DNA of 38,647 nt from an uncultured Acidimicrobiales bacterium (GTDB lineage: Bacteria > Actinomycetota > Acidimicrobiia > Acidimicrobiales > SZUA-35): positions 1 through 38,647 of the forward strand of contig CALJAE010000156.1 of the NCBI GenBank assembly GCA_938028175.1, written 5' to 3'. Position 1 is the first letter of the stretch. Every line of letters starts with the position of its first letter. The translations under genes were made by a program, and so were the position numbers. The notes beneath the pieces were generated by a model. That model saw only the letters and a list, made by a program, of their open reading frames with translations, did not search any database and was not told where the DNA came from. This document shows, piece by piece, positions 9,316 through 18,636 of this stretch.

Positions 9316-11046
9316 CTACTCGTACATGCTTTCTATCTCAGCGGCGTACGTCTTTTCTATAACCCGTCGCCTGAGCTTTGAAGTCGCAGTCAAACAGGCA
9401 GTATCTGGTTCCCAGTCATGATCGAGTACATGTACCTTCTTTACACGCTCAGCCTGGCTGAATTGTCCCATCACACTGTTGACTTCAGAATCAATAACTT
9501 CCCGCACCTTTGCCGAGTTAGCTATTTCTGACATCGAGTTGACCTGAATACCGTTAGATGCACACCAAGACTCAGCAGCTTCTGGATCCAAGGTGACAAG
9601 AGAAGAAATAAACTTCCTACCATCGCCGACTACCGCAGCTTGGGAAACCATTGGAATCAACTTGAGAGCATTCTCAAGAGCTGTAGGCGAGACATTCTTC
9701 CCGCCTGAAGTTACTAGTATTTCCTTCTTGCGATCTACCACCTTCAGGTAGCCGTCATCGTCAATAACACCAATATCTCCGGTCGCAAACCAACCATCGC
9801 TGTCTTTCGCCTGACTAGTTAGGTCATCACGGTTCAAATATCCATGGAAGACATTGCCTCCACGACACATGATCTCCCCGTCATCGGCCAAGCGCATTTC
9901 AATTCCCGGACAGGCTGGACCGATACTTCCAACTTTGACATCAAATGGAGCCCAAGCTAGCGGCCCACTTGTTTCTGAAAGTCCATAGATCTCAGAGATA
10001 GGCAGACCAAGCTCTTGGAACCATTCCATTACTACAGGCGAAAGAGCAGCACCACCCGAGGCCGCCACCACCAACTCGTCGAGACCAGTCTTGTTAAGAA
10101 TCTTCTTCTTGAACAACTTGAACTTAAGAGCGCCCGCTAAACGTGAAAGCGTGGTTGGGTTCTCCCCCTGCAAATTTGCCAAAACCTTGTTATAGATCTT
10201 TTCATAAACCCTAGGAACACCAAACAAAATCGTGGGCCGTACTGTCCTAGCAAATTCAGCAACCTGGGTTGGTTCTGGACAGCAAGTAATATCAAAACCA
10301 GAAATTAAACCTGTGTAGTGAGACACAGTGCGCTCAGCTACGTGCGCCATTGGTAAATAAGAAATAAGACGCTGCCCAATATAGAAATCCAGATTCAAAG
10401 TACGTCGCAAACATGCAACAGTCCAAGTCAAGTTGTCATGATCAAGCACGACCCCCTTCGACTGACCGGTAGTACCAGATGTGAATATGACAGTAGCAAC
10501 ATCGGAGCCTTGCACTGCAGCGGCTAACGACTCTAAGTCGGCGGATTCTGAGGCCAGGAGTTCGTCGAAGGCAACGTCAGATCCTTCAAACGAGTCGCCA
10601 ACGGAAACGATGGAAGATAAAGAACTACTTTGATCCTTTGCCTTTGTGACTGCTAGCCCGAACTGATCTTCGACGATTGCTATCTTTGCTTCTGTTTGCT
10701 CAATTACATCTGAAATTTGGTCAGTCGAGGATGAGTTGTAAACCGAAACAGGAGTCGCCCTTAAGAACAAACAAGCAAGATCAGCTATGTGAAACTCAAT
10801 ACGGTTAGTCATCATCAACAAGACATGGTCACCTTGACTAACCCCTCTGTCGCCTAGAGCAGTTACTACTCTTGCGATTCGGTCAGCCAGCTCCGAGTAT
10901 GAAACCTCTTCCAACGAACCATCCGCAACCGGAACTCTGATTGCAGTTCTTTCGCCTGCAGCTTGAACAGTAGCTAAGAAGTTCTCGCATATGTTGTGAG
11001 ACTCGATTCGATCTTCGACAGTTGTTTCCACTGATGCCACCTCCAA
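9316..11046 (-). CDS. AMP-dependent long-chain acyl-CoA synthetase/ligase
   Basis: AMP-binding motif FTSGTTGQSKGV, the GWFATGDIG motif and a C-terminal KLRRR. 576 aa. The start is TTG or GTG (11046 or 11040). Confidence 0.85.
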   Translation of the reverse strand: MEVASVETTVEDRIESHNICENFLATVQAAGERTAIRVPVADGSLEEVSYSELADRIARVVTALGDRGVSQGDHVLLMMTNRIEFHIADLACLFLRATPVSVYNSSSTDQISDVIEQTEAKIAIVEDQFGLAVTKAKDQSSSLSSIVSVGDSFEGSDVAFDELLASESADLESLAAAVQGSDVATVIFTSGTTGQSKGVVLDHDNLTWTVACLRRTLNLDFYIGQRLISYLPMAHVAERTVSHYTGLISGFDITCCPEPTQVAEFARTVRPTILFGVPRVYEKIYNKVLANLQGENPTTLSRLAGALKFKLFKKKILNKTGLDELVVAASGGAALSPVVMEWFQELGLPISEIYGLSETSGPLAWAPFDVKVGSIGPACPGIEMRLADDGEIMCRGGNVFHGYLNRDDLTSQAKDSDGWFATGDIGVIDDDGYLKVVDRKKEILVTSGGKNVSPTALENALKLIPMVSQAAVVGDGRKFISSLVTLDPEAAESWCASNGIQVNSMSEIANSAKVREVIDSEVNSVMGQFSQAERVKKVHVLDHDWEPDTACLTATSKLRRRVIEKTYAAEIESMYE

Positions 11047-11117
11047 AAGGGCCTAATTCATTCTAGTGATTATTGGTACAAATACCGGAAGACATAAACA
11101 CTGTCTAGAATTGCGGT

Positions 11118-11549
11118 ATGGAGCACAGTGACTTTCCAGCTAAACAGCTTCGAACCATGGGAACTGTCCCAGCTACAGACGACGACACTCCTATTCACTC
11201 AACTGCAAAGATACGAGATCGAGCCCATCAGAAGAGGCGTAATCGATTTATATTCGCCACCTTTGCAGCAGTACTCCTTGTTCTACTAGTTACTCAAGAT
11301 AGCCCTGTCAGAGTCATCGTCTCAGTAACTATCTCGCTTGCGATATTCATGGTGGGACTAACCGTCCTCGGCGCATTATCTAGACCCGTTCCTGAACCTC
11401 CTCCCCCTGGAGAGCTTCGGTCAGTCAGACTCAAATATCGCTGTAGTAGCTGTGGTACAGAAATCAAGATGACCTTAGCCAACGATGCTGTCCCAGAGTC
11501 GCCTAAACACTGCACTGAACCGATGGATCTCATCGAAACTGAACTATAA
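11118..11549 (+). CDS. hypothetical membrane protein with C-terminal CxxC...HC zinc-ribbon-like motif
   Basis: ATG start. It has two predicted TM helices (FIFATFAAVLLVLLV; ISLAIFMVGLTVLGAL), then a PPPPG linker and CSSCGTEIKM...PKHCTEPM. I recognise no family. Confidence 0.5.
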   Translation: MEHSDFPAKQLRTMGTVPATDDDTPIHSTAKIRDRAHQKRRNRFIFATFAAVLLVLLVTQDSPVRVIVSVTISLAIFMVGLTVLGALSRPVPEPPPPGELRSVRLKYRCSSCGTEIKMTLANDAVPESPKHCTEPMDLIETEL

Positions 11550-11582
11550 CCCACACCCTGTGGATATCTCATTGATGTATTT

Positions 11583-11671
11583 ACACCTATGTAGTTTCAT
11601 GGCTTGCATTTCCCCAGTTAAATAGCTTAAATACGATGACTACATAGGTGTTATTCAAACTACACAGGTGT
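11583..11671. promoter_or_regulatory. three copies of a 13-15 nt motif ACACCTRTGTAGT(TT) in the trpG leader (candidate operator set or RNA stem)
   Basis: Copy A is acacctatgtagttt at 11583-11597, forward. Copy B is actacataggtgt at 11639-11651, a perfect 13-nt reverse complement of A. Copy C is aaactacacaggtgt at 11657-11671, in reverse orientation and 14/15 identical to A. B and C start 20 nt apart. Confidence 0.4.
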
Positions 11672-11747
11672 GGATAACAAGGATGTAATTCCATCACTGG
11701 TAGTACCGGCTCGCCAAGTGCTATGGTTAGCCACTGTGGTTAAGCAC

Positions 11748-12305
11748 GTGGCAGTAATAGACAACTATGATTCATTCGTTTACATCCTTGTTCAGTATCT
11801 ATACGAGCTAGGTGCCGAAGTTACTGTTCTGCGCAACGATGTACCCATAACGGAAGTAGAAAATCTCAACCCTGACAAGATCCTGATCTCCCCTGGGCCC
11901 GGAACCCCAGCAGATGCTGGAATCAGCAACAACGTGTTGGAGACCTTCGCCGAGACCAAGCCGATTTTTGGTGTTTGTCTAGGCCATCAGTGTATTGCCG
12001 AACACTTTGGTGCAACAGTCGTACGAGCCCAGGAAATCATGCATGGCAAGACTTCGATGGTTGACCACAACGGTACGGGCGTATTCAAAGACTTGCCTAA
12101 TGAACTAACGGCAACCCGTTACCATTCACTAACTGTCGACGAAACAACAATCCCAGACACACTCGAAGTAACAGCCAAGTCCGAGTCTGGACTGATTATG
12201 GGGTTGAGGCACAAAGCACTTGATATCGAAGGCGTTCAGTTTCATCCCGAGTCAGTTCTGACCCAGTACGGACACAACATGATCGCTAACTTTCTAAGCC
12301 GCTAG
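11748..12305 (+). CDS. trpG: glutamine amidotransferase subunit of anthranilate/aminodeoxychorismate synthase
   Basis: VAVIDNYDSFVYILVQYL, GVCLGHQ (catalytic Cys) and FHPES are present. The ORF is open from the GTG at 11670, but homologues start at the IDNYDSF motif, so GTG 11748 (or 11736) is preferred. The stop at 12303-12305 is firm. Confidence 0.85.
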   Translation: MAVIDNYDSFVYILVQYLYELGAEVTVLRNDVPITEVENLNPDKILISPGPGTPADAGISNNVLETFAETKPIFGVCLGHQCIAEHFGATVVRAQEIMHGKTSMVDHNGTGVFKDLPNELTATRYHSLTVDETTIPDTLEVTAKSESGLIMGLRHKALDIEGVQFHPESVLTQYGHNMIANFLSR

Positions 12306-12315
12306 CTACGAAAGA

Positions 12316-14463
12316 CTATGGGGCGCCTGGTGGCAAACTCACGCTAGAGCTAGACGAACTGCTTGAAGACGATGACGCTGACGACGAGCTACTAGAAGAA
12401 GACGTTGAGTTATCGGTAGTAGTTGGGGTTGTAGGCGTTCCATCGTTGAGGACCCCAATTGCGAATGTGATTGGATCATTAATGTTCTGAGGGAAGCCAG
12501 CGGCGGGGGTCTGGGAGATAACGCGACCAGCGAGTGAGGCATCGTTTGTGAATTCGCTAGTCAACATAAAGTTATCCCGCAAGAACCCTGCTTCGATCAA
12601 AATCTCCTCTGCCTCTAAGCGGGTATTGCCTGCAAGGTTTGGCATGATAACCCGAGGGTCACCGCTAGAAAGGAAGACTTCTATCTCGGAATCAAAGCCT
12701 GCGTCTTCTCCAGCTGCTGGCTCCGTCCTTACCGCAGTCAAACGTGCAAGATCTGACGGCACTAGCTCGGCGTCAGCTTCACGAATTAGAACTTGACTGA
12801 ATCCTGCATCATCGAGAGTCTGCTGAGCTTCGGTTACGCTCTGCCCAGCTACGTCTGGAACCGTTGCCTCAGCAGGACCAAGAGAAATTACTACGCTGAA
12901 CCCGTCACTCGCTGGGTCCCACTCCTCACCAGCGCCAGGCTCGGTCCTAACCACAGTGCCGATCTCTTCGTCTGAGTTCTCTTCGTTGCGTTGGAAATTT
13001 GTGATCCCTAAATCAGCGAGTCGCTGCCTAGCCTCAGACTCGGCGACACCTGCAAGGTTAGGTATCTCGATTAACTCATCTGCTTCCTGCGAAACAAATA
13101 CAACAATCGTGGTTCCAATTTCTTGCTCCGACTGCACTGCTGGATTAGTTGCAAAGACTAACCCAGGCTCCTGCTCATCGCTTGGCTGGAACATTGTCAT
13201 AACCTCGAAACCTGCAGTTTCAAGCTCTAACAAAGCTGTCTCTAACTCTTGCCCAATAACGTCAGGAACTTCTCTTGTAGTTTCGGTTACTTCTGTTGGA
13301 TCGGAGTCTCCAGTAACGGTGACGATAATGAATCCAATAAGGCCAACCAATACAGCAGCCAGAATGCCCAGCATTACAATGAATGCCCCAGAACGATTTG
13401 GCGGTTCGTAGTACTCCTCGAGAGCTTCAGCTTGACCTCCAGCAGCAGTCACTGGAATCGCACGCGAAGTATCGATTACAGCTTTGATGCTTCCGGTGTC
13501 ATGCAGCGTCTGCATCGACTGAGAACCACCAGCTTGGTCCATAACTTGTGTAGCAGGCATCGCTTGAGTCTGGTTTTGCTGTGACACAGCGGCCATAGCA
13601 TCGCCACGCAAACCAACGAGCGGTCGTCCTGCTAAAAAGTTGGCTAGATCGGTCTGGATTTCTGCCGCAGCAGGATAGCGAGCTCTCGGGTCCTTCTGGA
13701 GCAACTGGTTAACAACTGCTGCAAGTTCCTTTGGAACTGCCGGGTTTTTCTCAGTTGCAAACGGGGCCTGTTCTTGAACATGCTTATAAGCGACTGCTAC
13801 TGGTGTGTCCCCAACAAAAGGTGTTGAGCCAGTCAGCATCTCAAAAAGCACTACACCAAGAGCGTACAAATCTGATCGAGGGTCAACGTTCTTGCCTTGT
13901 GCTTGCTCAGGCGAGAAGTAGCTAGCAGTCCCCATAACAGAACCTGTTTGGGTAAGTTCGTCTTCAGCGACCCCAAAGGCACGAGCGATACCAAAGTCAG
14001 CAACCTTTACCTGACCCTCGGTGGTGATCATAATGTTGCCGGGCTTTACATCTCTATGTACGGTGCCGTTACGATGAGCAAATCCAAGTGCTCCAGCCAC
14101 ATCAGAAGCTAGGCGAGCTGCCTTGGCCGGGTCGACCGAACCCTCACTCTTGATCATGTCAGCAAGGGTGTTACCTTCGACATACTCCATAACAATAAAG
14201 TATGTATCTTCGTGTTCACCCCAATCGTAAACCGCAACGATGTTTGGATGATTGAGTTTTCCGGCAGCCTGCGCCTCACGCCTAAAGCGAGCGACAAAAG
14301 AAGGTTCGGCAGCAAACTGTGCGAATAAGACCTTGACCGCTACAGGGCGATCTAGTAACTGGTCACGCGCAAGATAGACATCGGCCATACCTCCACGCGC
14401 AATGCGACGGTGTAGTTCATATCTTCCGTTTAACACGGGGCGGGATTGATTACCGTTAGTCAC
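12316..14463 (-). CDS. pknB: Ser/Thr protein kinase PknB with four PASTA domains and a Thr/Ser-rich tail
   Basis: Kinase motifs are GGMADVY, HRDVKPGN, DFGIA and SPEQA. One TM is present (FIVMLGILAAVLVGLIGFIIV). There are four PASTA-like repeats (VPDVIGQ.., IPNLAGV.., VPDVAGQ.., MPNLAGN..). The start is GTG. Confidence 0.95.
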   Translation of the reverse strand: MTNGNQSRPVLNGRYELHRRIARGGMADVYLARDQLLDRPVAVKVLFAQFAAEPSFVARFRREAQAAGKLNHPNIVAVYDWGEHEDTYFIVMEYVEGNTLADMIKSEGSVDPAKAARLASDVAGALGFAHRNGTVHRDVKPGNIMITTEGQVKVADFGIARAFGVAEDELTQTGSVMGTASYFSPEQAQGKNVDPRSDLYALGVVLFEMLTGSTPFVGDTPVAVAYKHVQEQAPFATEKNPAVPKELAAVVNQLLQKDPRARYPAAAEIQTDLANFLAGRPLVGLRGDAMAAVSQQNQTQAMPATQVMDQAGGSQSMQTLHDTGSIKAVIDTSRAIPVTAAGGQAEALEEYYEPPNRSGAFIVMLGILAAVLVGLIGFIIVTVTGDSDPTEVTETTREVPDVIGQELETALLELETAGFEVMTMFQPSDEQEPGLVFATNPAVQSEQEIGTTIVVFVSQEADELIEIPNLAGVAESEARQRLADLGITNFQRNEENSDEEIGTVVRTEPGAGEEWDPASDGFSVVISLGPAEATVPDVAGQSVTEAQQTLDDAGFSQVLIREADAELVPSDLARLTAVRTEPAAGEDAGFDSEIEVFLSSGDPRVIMPNLAGNTRLEAEEILIEAGFLRDNFMLTSEFTNDASLAGRVISQTPAAGFPQNINDPITFAIGVLNDGTPTTPTTTDNSTSSSSSSSSASSSSSSSSSSSVSLPPGAP

Positions 14464-14522
14464 TGAAACACCAATGCTATAGAGATTCTGAACTGATTTG
14501 GTGTAAGCATCAAAAACTACCT

Positions 14523-16220
14523 TTAAGAATCCAAACCATAGAAGTTTTCAAACAATTCTCGGGCAATTGGTGCAGCTACACGTCCACCCGTAATGCCAGC
14601 TTCACCTTGTTGTCGCTCGACCAAAACCGCTACAGCAAGCTCTGGGTCGGCGTTTACCGGACCAGCAAACGAAATCACCCAAGCGTGCACATCGTCGCCA
14701 ACATCGGCAGTACCGGTCTTTGCTCCAACATCCAAACCTTCAATTTGTAAATTTGTTCCGGTACCGTTTCTAACCACCTCAAACATAGCGTCGCGTAGAT
14801 CATTGGCAGACGCTCGCGTGGTTGCATCTCTCCACTCTTGAGGTTCAAACGGGTCAAGCGTTGTGTCATCAACGGCCTCCCCAGCAACAATACGTGGAAC
14901 CATAATGGTTCCCTCGTTAGCAATGCCGGCTGCTACCAATGCCATGTTTAATGGTGTTGCCTGCACCTCAAATTGACCAATTGCAGTCTGCCCGAGATCA
15001 TTCGACTTATCGAACAAATCAAACCCTCTACCATCTCCTCGGAATTCACCAAAGTCAGTCGGGAAGTTGCTAGCAACAACGTCGCTCTCAGGAACGTCAA
15101 GTGGAATCTTAGTGTTAAACCCGAAGCGCTCAGCCTGAGCAATCAGTTGATCAGGACCAACGTCTTCGATTGCTATCTGAGCAAACCCTGCATTACAAGA
15201 TCTAGCGATCAAGACCAGCAGTGGACCTCCACAATTAGCATTGTTGTAGTTGCTAATCGTGGCCCCACCATCGGGCAAGTTAAACGCTTCTACAGATGGG
15301 AAAACCGGGCTGTCTAACTCGATTGGAGTACTATCTAAAGCCGCCCCGCCAACCACAACCTTAAAAGTCGAGCCAGGCGATTGCCTATCCCCATACGCCT
15401 TAGGGCAACGTGGGGTGTCTAGACATTGGATACCGCCAAGATCAGTGCTCGGCTCTATTTCTGCGACAGCGTCTAGAGCTTCCCTACTGCTTAAGCTTGC
15501 CAATGGTTGCGGATCGAAACTCGGGTAGCTCCACAAAGCACGGATCTCACCTGTTCTTGGATCTAAGGCAACTACCGATCCGTTCCGATCAGCCCCAGTT
15601 TCGGGATCTTTAAGTGCCTCTCGAGCGGCCAACTGAAGTTCGTGATTAATACCAAGAACTAAATCAGTCGGTTCTCCACCAGAAACCAAACCAAGCTCAC
15701 CTGTGTCGGCGACCAAAGCGTCCTGATAAGACTGCTCTATCCCTTCAGAACCGAAAGTTAAAGAGACATAACCTACGGTATGCGCATACAGTTCACCGTG
15801 AGGATAAACCCGACGGAAATCAAACGTCTCACTCTCAGTTGCTGGCTCAGAAAAAGCTACAACAACTCCGTCTGAAGACAAAATCTCTCCGCGCTCATCG
15901 CCGAAGACTCTCTCTGTCTGTCTGTTATTGCCTGGAACTGCTTGTACCTCTGAAGCTTGGAGAACTTGAATCCTATTAAGCTGTAAAAATAAAATGAAAA
16001 AACCCAATAGCAGTACGGCTGTCACGTTGTGTAGTGGCGACATCTCTCGACCAACGAAGTAGAAGAGTCCAATCACGATTGCGAGCATTCCCACGATGAT
16101 CAGGCCAATTACGGTTGAGCTAAGGGAGGAATGGAACTCGATAAGCACAAAGAAGCCAACCGCTAGAAGGGCTAACAAAAGATATCGAGCAGGTCTAGGA
16201 AGAATCATCGGAACTCGCAA
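14523..16220 (-). CDS. pbpA: class B penicillin-binding protein (D,D-transpeptidase) PbpA
   Basis: SxxK (STFK), SxN (SCN) and KTG (KTGTA) motifs are present, with an N-terminal TM. It sits between rodA and pknB. It overlaps rodA, and the internal ATG at 16208 is an alternative start. Confidence 0.9.
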   Translation of the reverse strand: MRVPMILPRPARYLLLALLAVGFFVLIEFHSSLSSTVIGLIIVGMLAIVIGLFYFVGREMSPLHNVTAVLLLGFFILFLQLNRIQVLQASEVQAVPGNNRQTERVFGDERGEILSSDGVVVAFSEPATESETFDFRRVYPHGELYAHTVGYVSLTFGSEGIEQSYQDALVADTGELGLVSGGEPTDLVLGINHELQLAAREALKDPETGADRNGSVVALDPRTGEIRALWSYPSFDPQPLASLSSREALDAVAEIEPSTDLGGIQCLDTPRCPKAYGDRQSPGSTFKVVVGGAALDSTPIELDSPVFPSVEAFNLPDGGATISNYNNANCGGPLLVLIARSCNAGFAQIAIEDVGPDQLIAQAERFGFNTKIPLDVPESDVVASNFPTDFGEFRGDGRGFDLFDKSNDLGQTAIGQFEVQATPLNMALVAAGIANEGTIMVPRIVAGEAVDDTTLDPFEPQEWRDATTRASANDLRDAMFEVVRNGTGTNLQIEGLDVGAKTGTADVGDDVHAWVISFAGPVNADPELAVAVLVERQQGEAGITGGRVAAPIARELFENFYGLDS

Positions 16221-17499
16221 TCAGTTCATCTGCTGCCGCAACTACGGAGTTGTGAGAAATTCTCATCAGAATAGCCAAAATCACATAGTTAGAAATTAAC
16301 GATGAGCCTCCGTAAGAAACAAACGGCAGTGTGACACCTGTTAAAGGTAGGACCCGCAGGGTTCCGCCAATAATTACGAACGCCTGAAAACCCAGGAGCA
16401 GTACTAGCCCAGTAGATAGAAGCCGTTCAAATTCGGATCCTGCACTTAGTGCTATTCGAACTCCCGAAGAAACAAACAGTAGAAAGATAACCAAGATTGA
16501 TGTTGCGCCTAACAAACCGAGCTCTTCGCCAAATGCTGCGAAAATCATGTCCGACTCAACCACTGGAATTTTGTTAGGGGTGCCTAATCCAAGCCCAGTT
16601 CCTGTCAGTCCACCGTCTGCCAACGCAAATTGTGCCTGCGAGATCTGGTGACCAGTGTTACTTACATCGGCGAAGGGATCGAGCCAGGTGGCGACACGAA
16701 CTCGTACGTGTCCAAACGACAACCAGGCCAAGAAACCTCCACCTAAGAAAAGGCTGAGCCCAGAGAAAACATAGATAGATCTACCCGTGGCTACATAGAC
16801 CATTACCAAGAACAAAGTAAAGAAGAGTAGCGAAGTTCCCAAATCTCTTTGCTGCACCATGACTACGAGCGTAAGACCCCAAGCAAAAAGTAGCGGACCA
16901 AAGTACTTAAAGGCCGGCAGCCCGATAGGCCCAAATTGATGTGCTTTAAGGGATAGAAGATCCTTCTTCTCTGCTAGATAACTGGCAAAGAATGTCGCCA
17001 ATATAACCTTTGCTATTTCACCAGGCTGTATTGATGCTGGACCGATACGAACCCAGATTCTTGCACCATTAATCTCAGCTCCAAGACCTGGAACCAAAGG
17101 TAGCAATAGTGCTGCAACGCCCACGGCAGCCAAAGTGTACCGGTAGGGTTCCAACGCCTTTAAGTCCGAAATAATAGTTACGAACCCCACGAACGCTATC
17201 AACCCAAGGAATGTCCAGGCGGCTTGGAAAATAGCCAGGTCAGGGTCAAGCCTAGAGATCATCATGAAACCGAGGCCGTTAAGCAACGCCACTAACGGAA
17301 AGATAAGACCGTCCGCAAATGGCAAAGCAAAGCGGATGAACAAGTGGGTCACGAAGAACAAAACCAGAACTACTAAGAAAAATGGTAAGACGTCCACAGG
17401 TATCTCAGCCGTTGCTCCAAGTGAAGCTAAGTAGTAACCGGCAGAGGCAATGACGGCCGCTAAAATTAACAATCCGAATTCGATGTTTCTAGGCTTCAT
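16195..17499 (-). CDS. rodA: FtsW/RodA/SpoVE-family peptidoglycan glycosyltransferase
   Basis: Polytopic membrane protein with SDMIFAAFGEELGLLG and PFVSYGGSSL motifs. It occupies the conserved position after pstP. Confidence 0.9.
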   Translation of the reverse strand: MKPRNIEFGLLILAAVIASAGYYLASLGATAEIPVDVLPFFLVVLVLFFVTHLFIRFALPFADGLIFPLVALLNGLGFMMISRLDPDLAIFQAAWTFLGLIAFVGFVTIISDLKALEPYRYTLAAVGVAALLLPLVPGLGAEINGARIWVRIGPASIQPGEIAKVILATFFASYLAEKKDLLSLKAHQFGPIGLPAFKYFGPLLFAWGLTLVVMVQQRDLGTSLLFFTLFLVMVYVATGRSIYVFSGLSLFLGGGFLAWLSFGHVRVRVATWLDPFADVSNTGHQISQAQFALADGGLTGTGLGLGTPNKIPVVESDMIFAAFGEELGLLGATSILVIFLLFVSSGVRIALSAGSEFERLLSTGLVLLLGFQAFVIIGGTLRVLPLTGVTLPFVSYGGSSLISNYVILAILMRISHNSVVAAADELIASSDDSS

Positions 17500-17505
17500 C
17501 TAGCT

Positions 17506-18636
17506 CTACTCGTTATCCGAAGATTCGTCATCGGGCGATACTTCATCTTCTTCACTGTCTTCATCCTGATCATCGGTCGGAGCTAAGGTAACTTCTCCCC
17601 CGAATAGAGCGCCTGACTCGCTTTCATCAATAACCACCTCGGGTTCGTCCGACTCGTCGGACAAGAAGCGGTCTATGACCAACCAAGCTATTAATGCTCC
17701 AACAATTACTGCGCCGACACCCATCCACCGAATGCGACCTCTTGCGGCAGCATCTGCGGAAAGAATCGACTGTGTTAACTCAGCATCTAGTTCATCAATC
17801 TCTGGCGGAGCCGGCGGCTCATCCACAACGACTGGTTCGGGAGCAAACTCTCCACCATCGACAGAAGCCTGGTTTAGCCCATCGATTGAGCCGACAGTCG
17901 CTGGCACAACTTCGTCCTCATCGGAAGATGCTTCGACCACATCAACAACCAATACGGTGACGTTATCTTTTCCACCATTGGCCAAAGCCGAAGTTACAAG
18001 CACCTGGCAAGCTTCTGCTGGGGTCTCAGCTTCCATCAGAACTCTCTTGACTTCTGTCTCGGAAACTTCATCTGTCAGGCCATCGCTGCAAAGCAAGAAA
18101 CGGTCGCCAACTGAAACGTTTAAAGCGAACGTATCTATCTGAAGTTGTGCACCAATCCCAAGTGCTCTCGTAATTATGTTGCGCTTAGGGTGAACCAAAG
18201 CTTCTTGTTCAGTAATTTCGTTGTGTTCAAGTAAGTCCCCAACAAAGCTATGGTCTCTTGTTACCTGAGCCATGCTGCCCTGTCGAAGCCAATAACCGCG
18301 GCTATCGCCGACGTTTATCATTTCAACCCTGCCATCGCTATGAAGCCCTATGGCAACAAGAGTTGTACCCATGCCCATCAAGTCTCGGTCCGCAGACTTT
18401 TCGTAGACCTGCTTGTTCGCGTCAGATGCTAATTCTTGAAGCAGTCCAGGCTCAAAATCAGTAGAAGCTGTCTCGAAATGTTCGATAGTTAGTGTTGAAG
18501 CAACTTCGCCGCCAAGGTGTCCGCCCATGCCATCAGCAACAGCGAATAAATTCTTTGATATGAATCCTCTGTCCTGATTGACTTCTCGAAGGTTGCCGAC
18601 ATCCGTTGCGGCTGCTCCGACTAAACGGTAGCTCAT
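17506..18636 (-). CDS. pstP: PP2C-family Ser/Thr phosphatase PstP
   Basis: ADGMGGHLGGEVAS, LLCSDGLTD and GGKDNVTVLVV motifs are present, with a C-terminal TM (VGAVIVGALIAWLVI) and an acidic tail. Its ATG overlaps the fhaB stop as ATGA. Confidence 0.9.
   Translation of the reverse strand: MSYRLVGAAATDVGNLREVNQDRGFISKNLFAVADGMGGHLGGEVASTLTIEHFETASTDFEPGLLQELASDANKQVYEKSADRDLMGMGTTLVAIGLHSDGRVEMINVGDSRGYWLRQGSMAQVTRDHSFVGDLLEHNEITEQEALVHPKRNIITRALGIGAQLQIDTFALNVSVGDRFLLCSDGLTDEVSETEVKRVLMEAETPAEACQVLVTSALANGGKDNVTVLVVDVVEASSDEDEVVPATVGSIDGLNQASVDGGEFAPEPVVVDEPPAPPEIDELDAELTQSILSADAAARGRIRWMGVGAVIVGALIAWLVIDRFLSDESDEPEVVIDESESGALFGGEVTLAPTDDQDEDSEEDEVSPDDESSDNE

Noticed and set aside
11559-11677. 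Two DnaA-box-like 9-mers (TGTGGATAT and TGTGGATAA) in an AT-rich intergenic region, in a gene neighbourhood that lies near oriC in many actinobacteria. This raised the possibility of a replication origin.
   Set aside because: There are only two boxes, no dnaA or dnaN, and no obvious AT-rich unwinding repeats. Another perfect TGTGGATAA sits inside the tadA coding sequence (7431-7439), which shows that chance occurrence is realistic. At most these are DnaA-responsive promoter sites.
12343-12411. The poly-Ser coding run in pknB might be a hypermutable simple-sequence repeat acting as a phase-variation switch.
   Set aside because: The run uses five different Ser codons with no perfect tandem unit longer than a few nt, so slipped-strand mispairing is unlikely.
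12956-13411. A 151-aa ORF lies on the plus strand inside pknB. There are similar antisense ORFs at 12548-12796, 13249-13584, 13731-13925 and 13897-14112.
   Set aside because: They lie entirely antisense to a confidently identified kinase/PASTA gene. Their composition is low-complexity Ser/Thr/Pro-rich, typical of shadow frames, and they have no SD sequence or recognisable motif.
17675-18142. A 155-aa ORF and an 88-aa ORF lie on the plus strand antisense to pstP.
   Set aside because: They are shadow ORFs within the PP2C gene. Their Ser/Thr/Ala-rich translation has no features.
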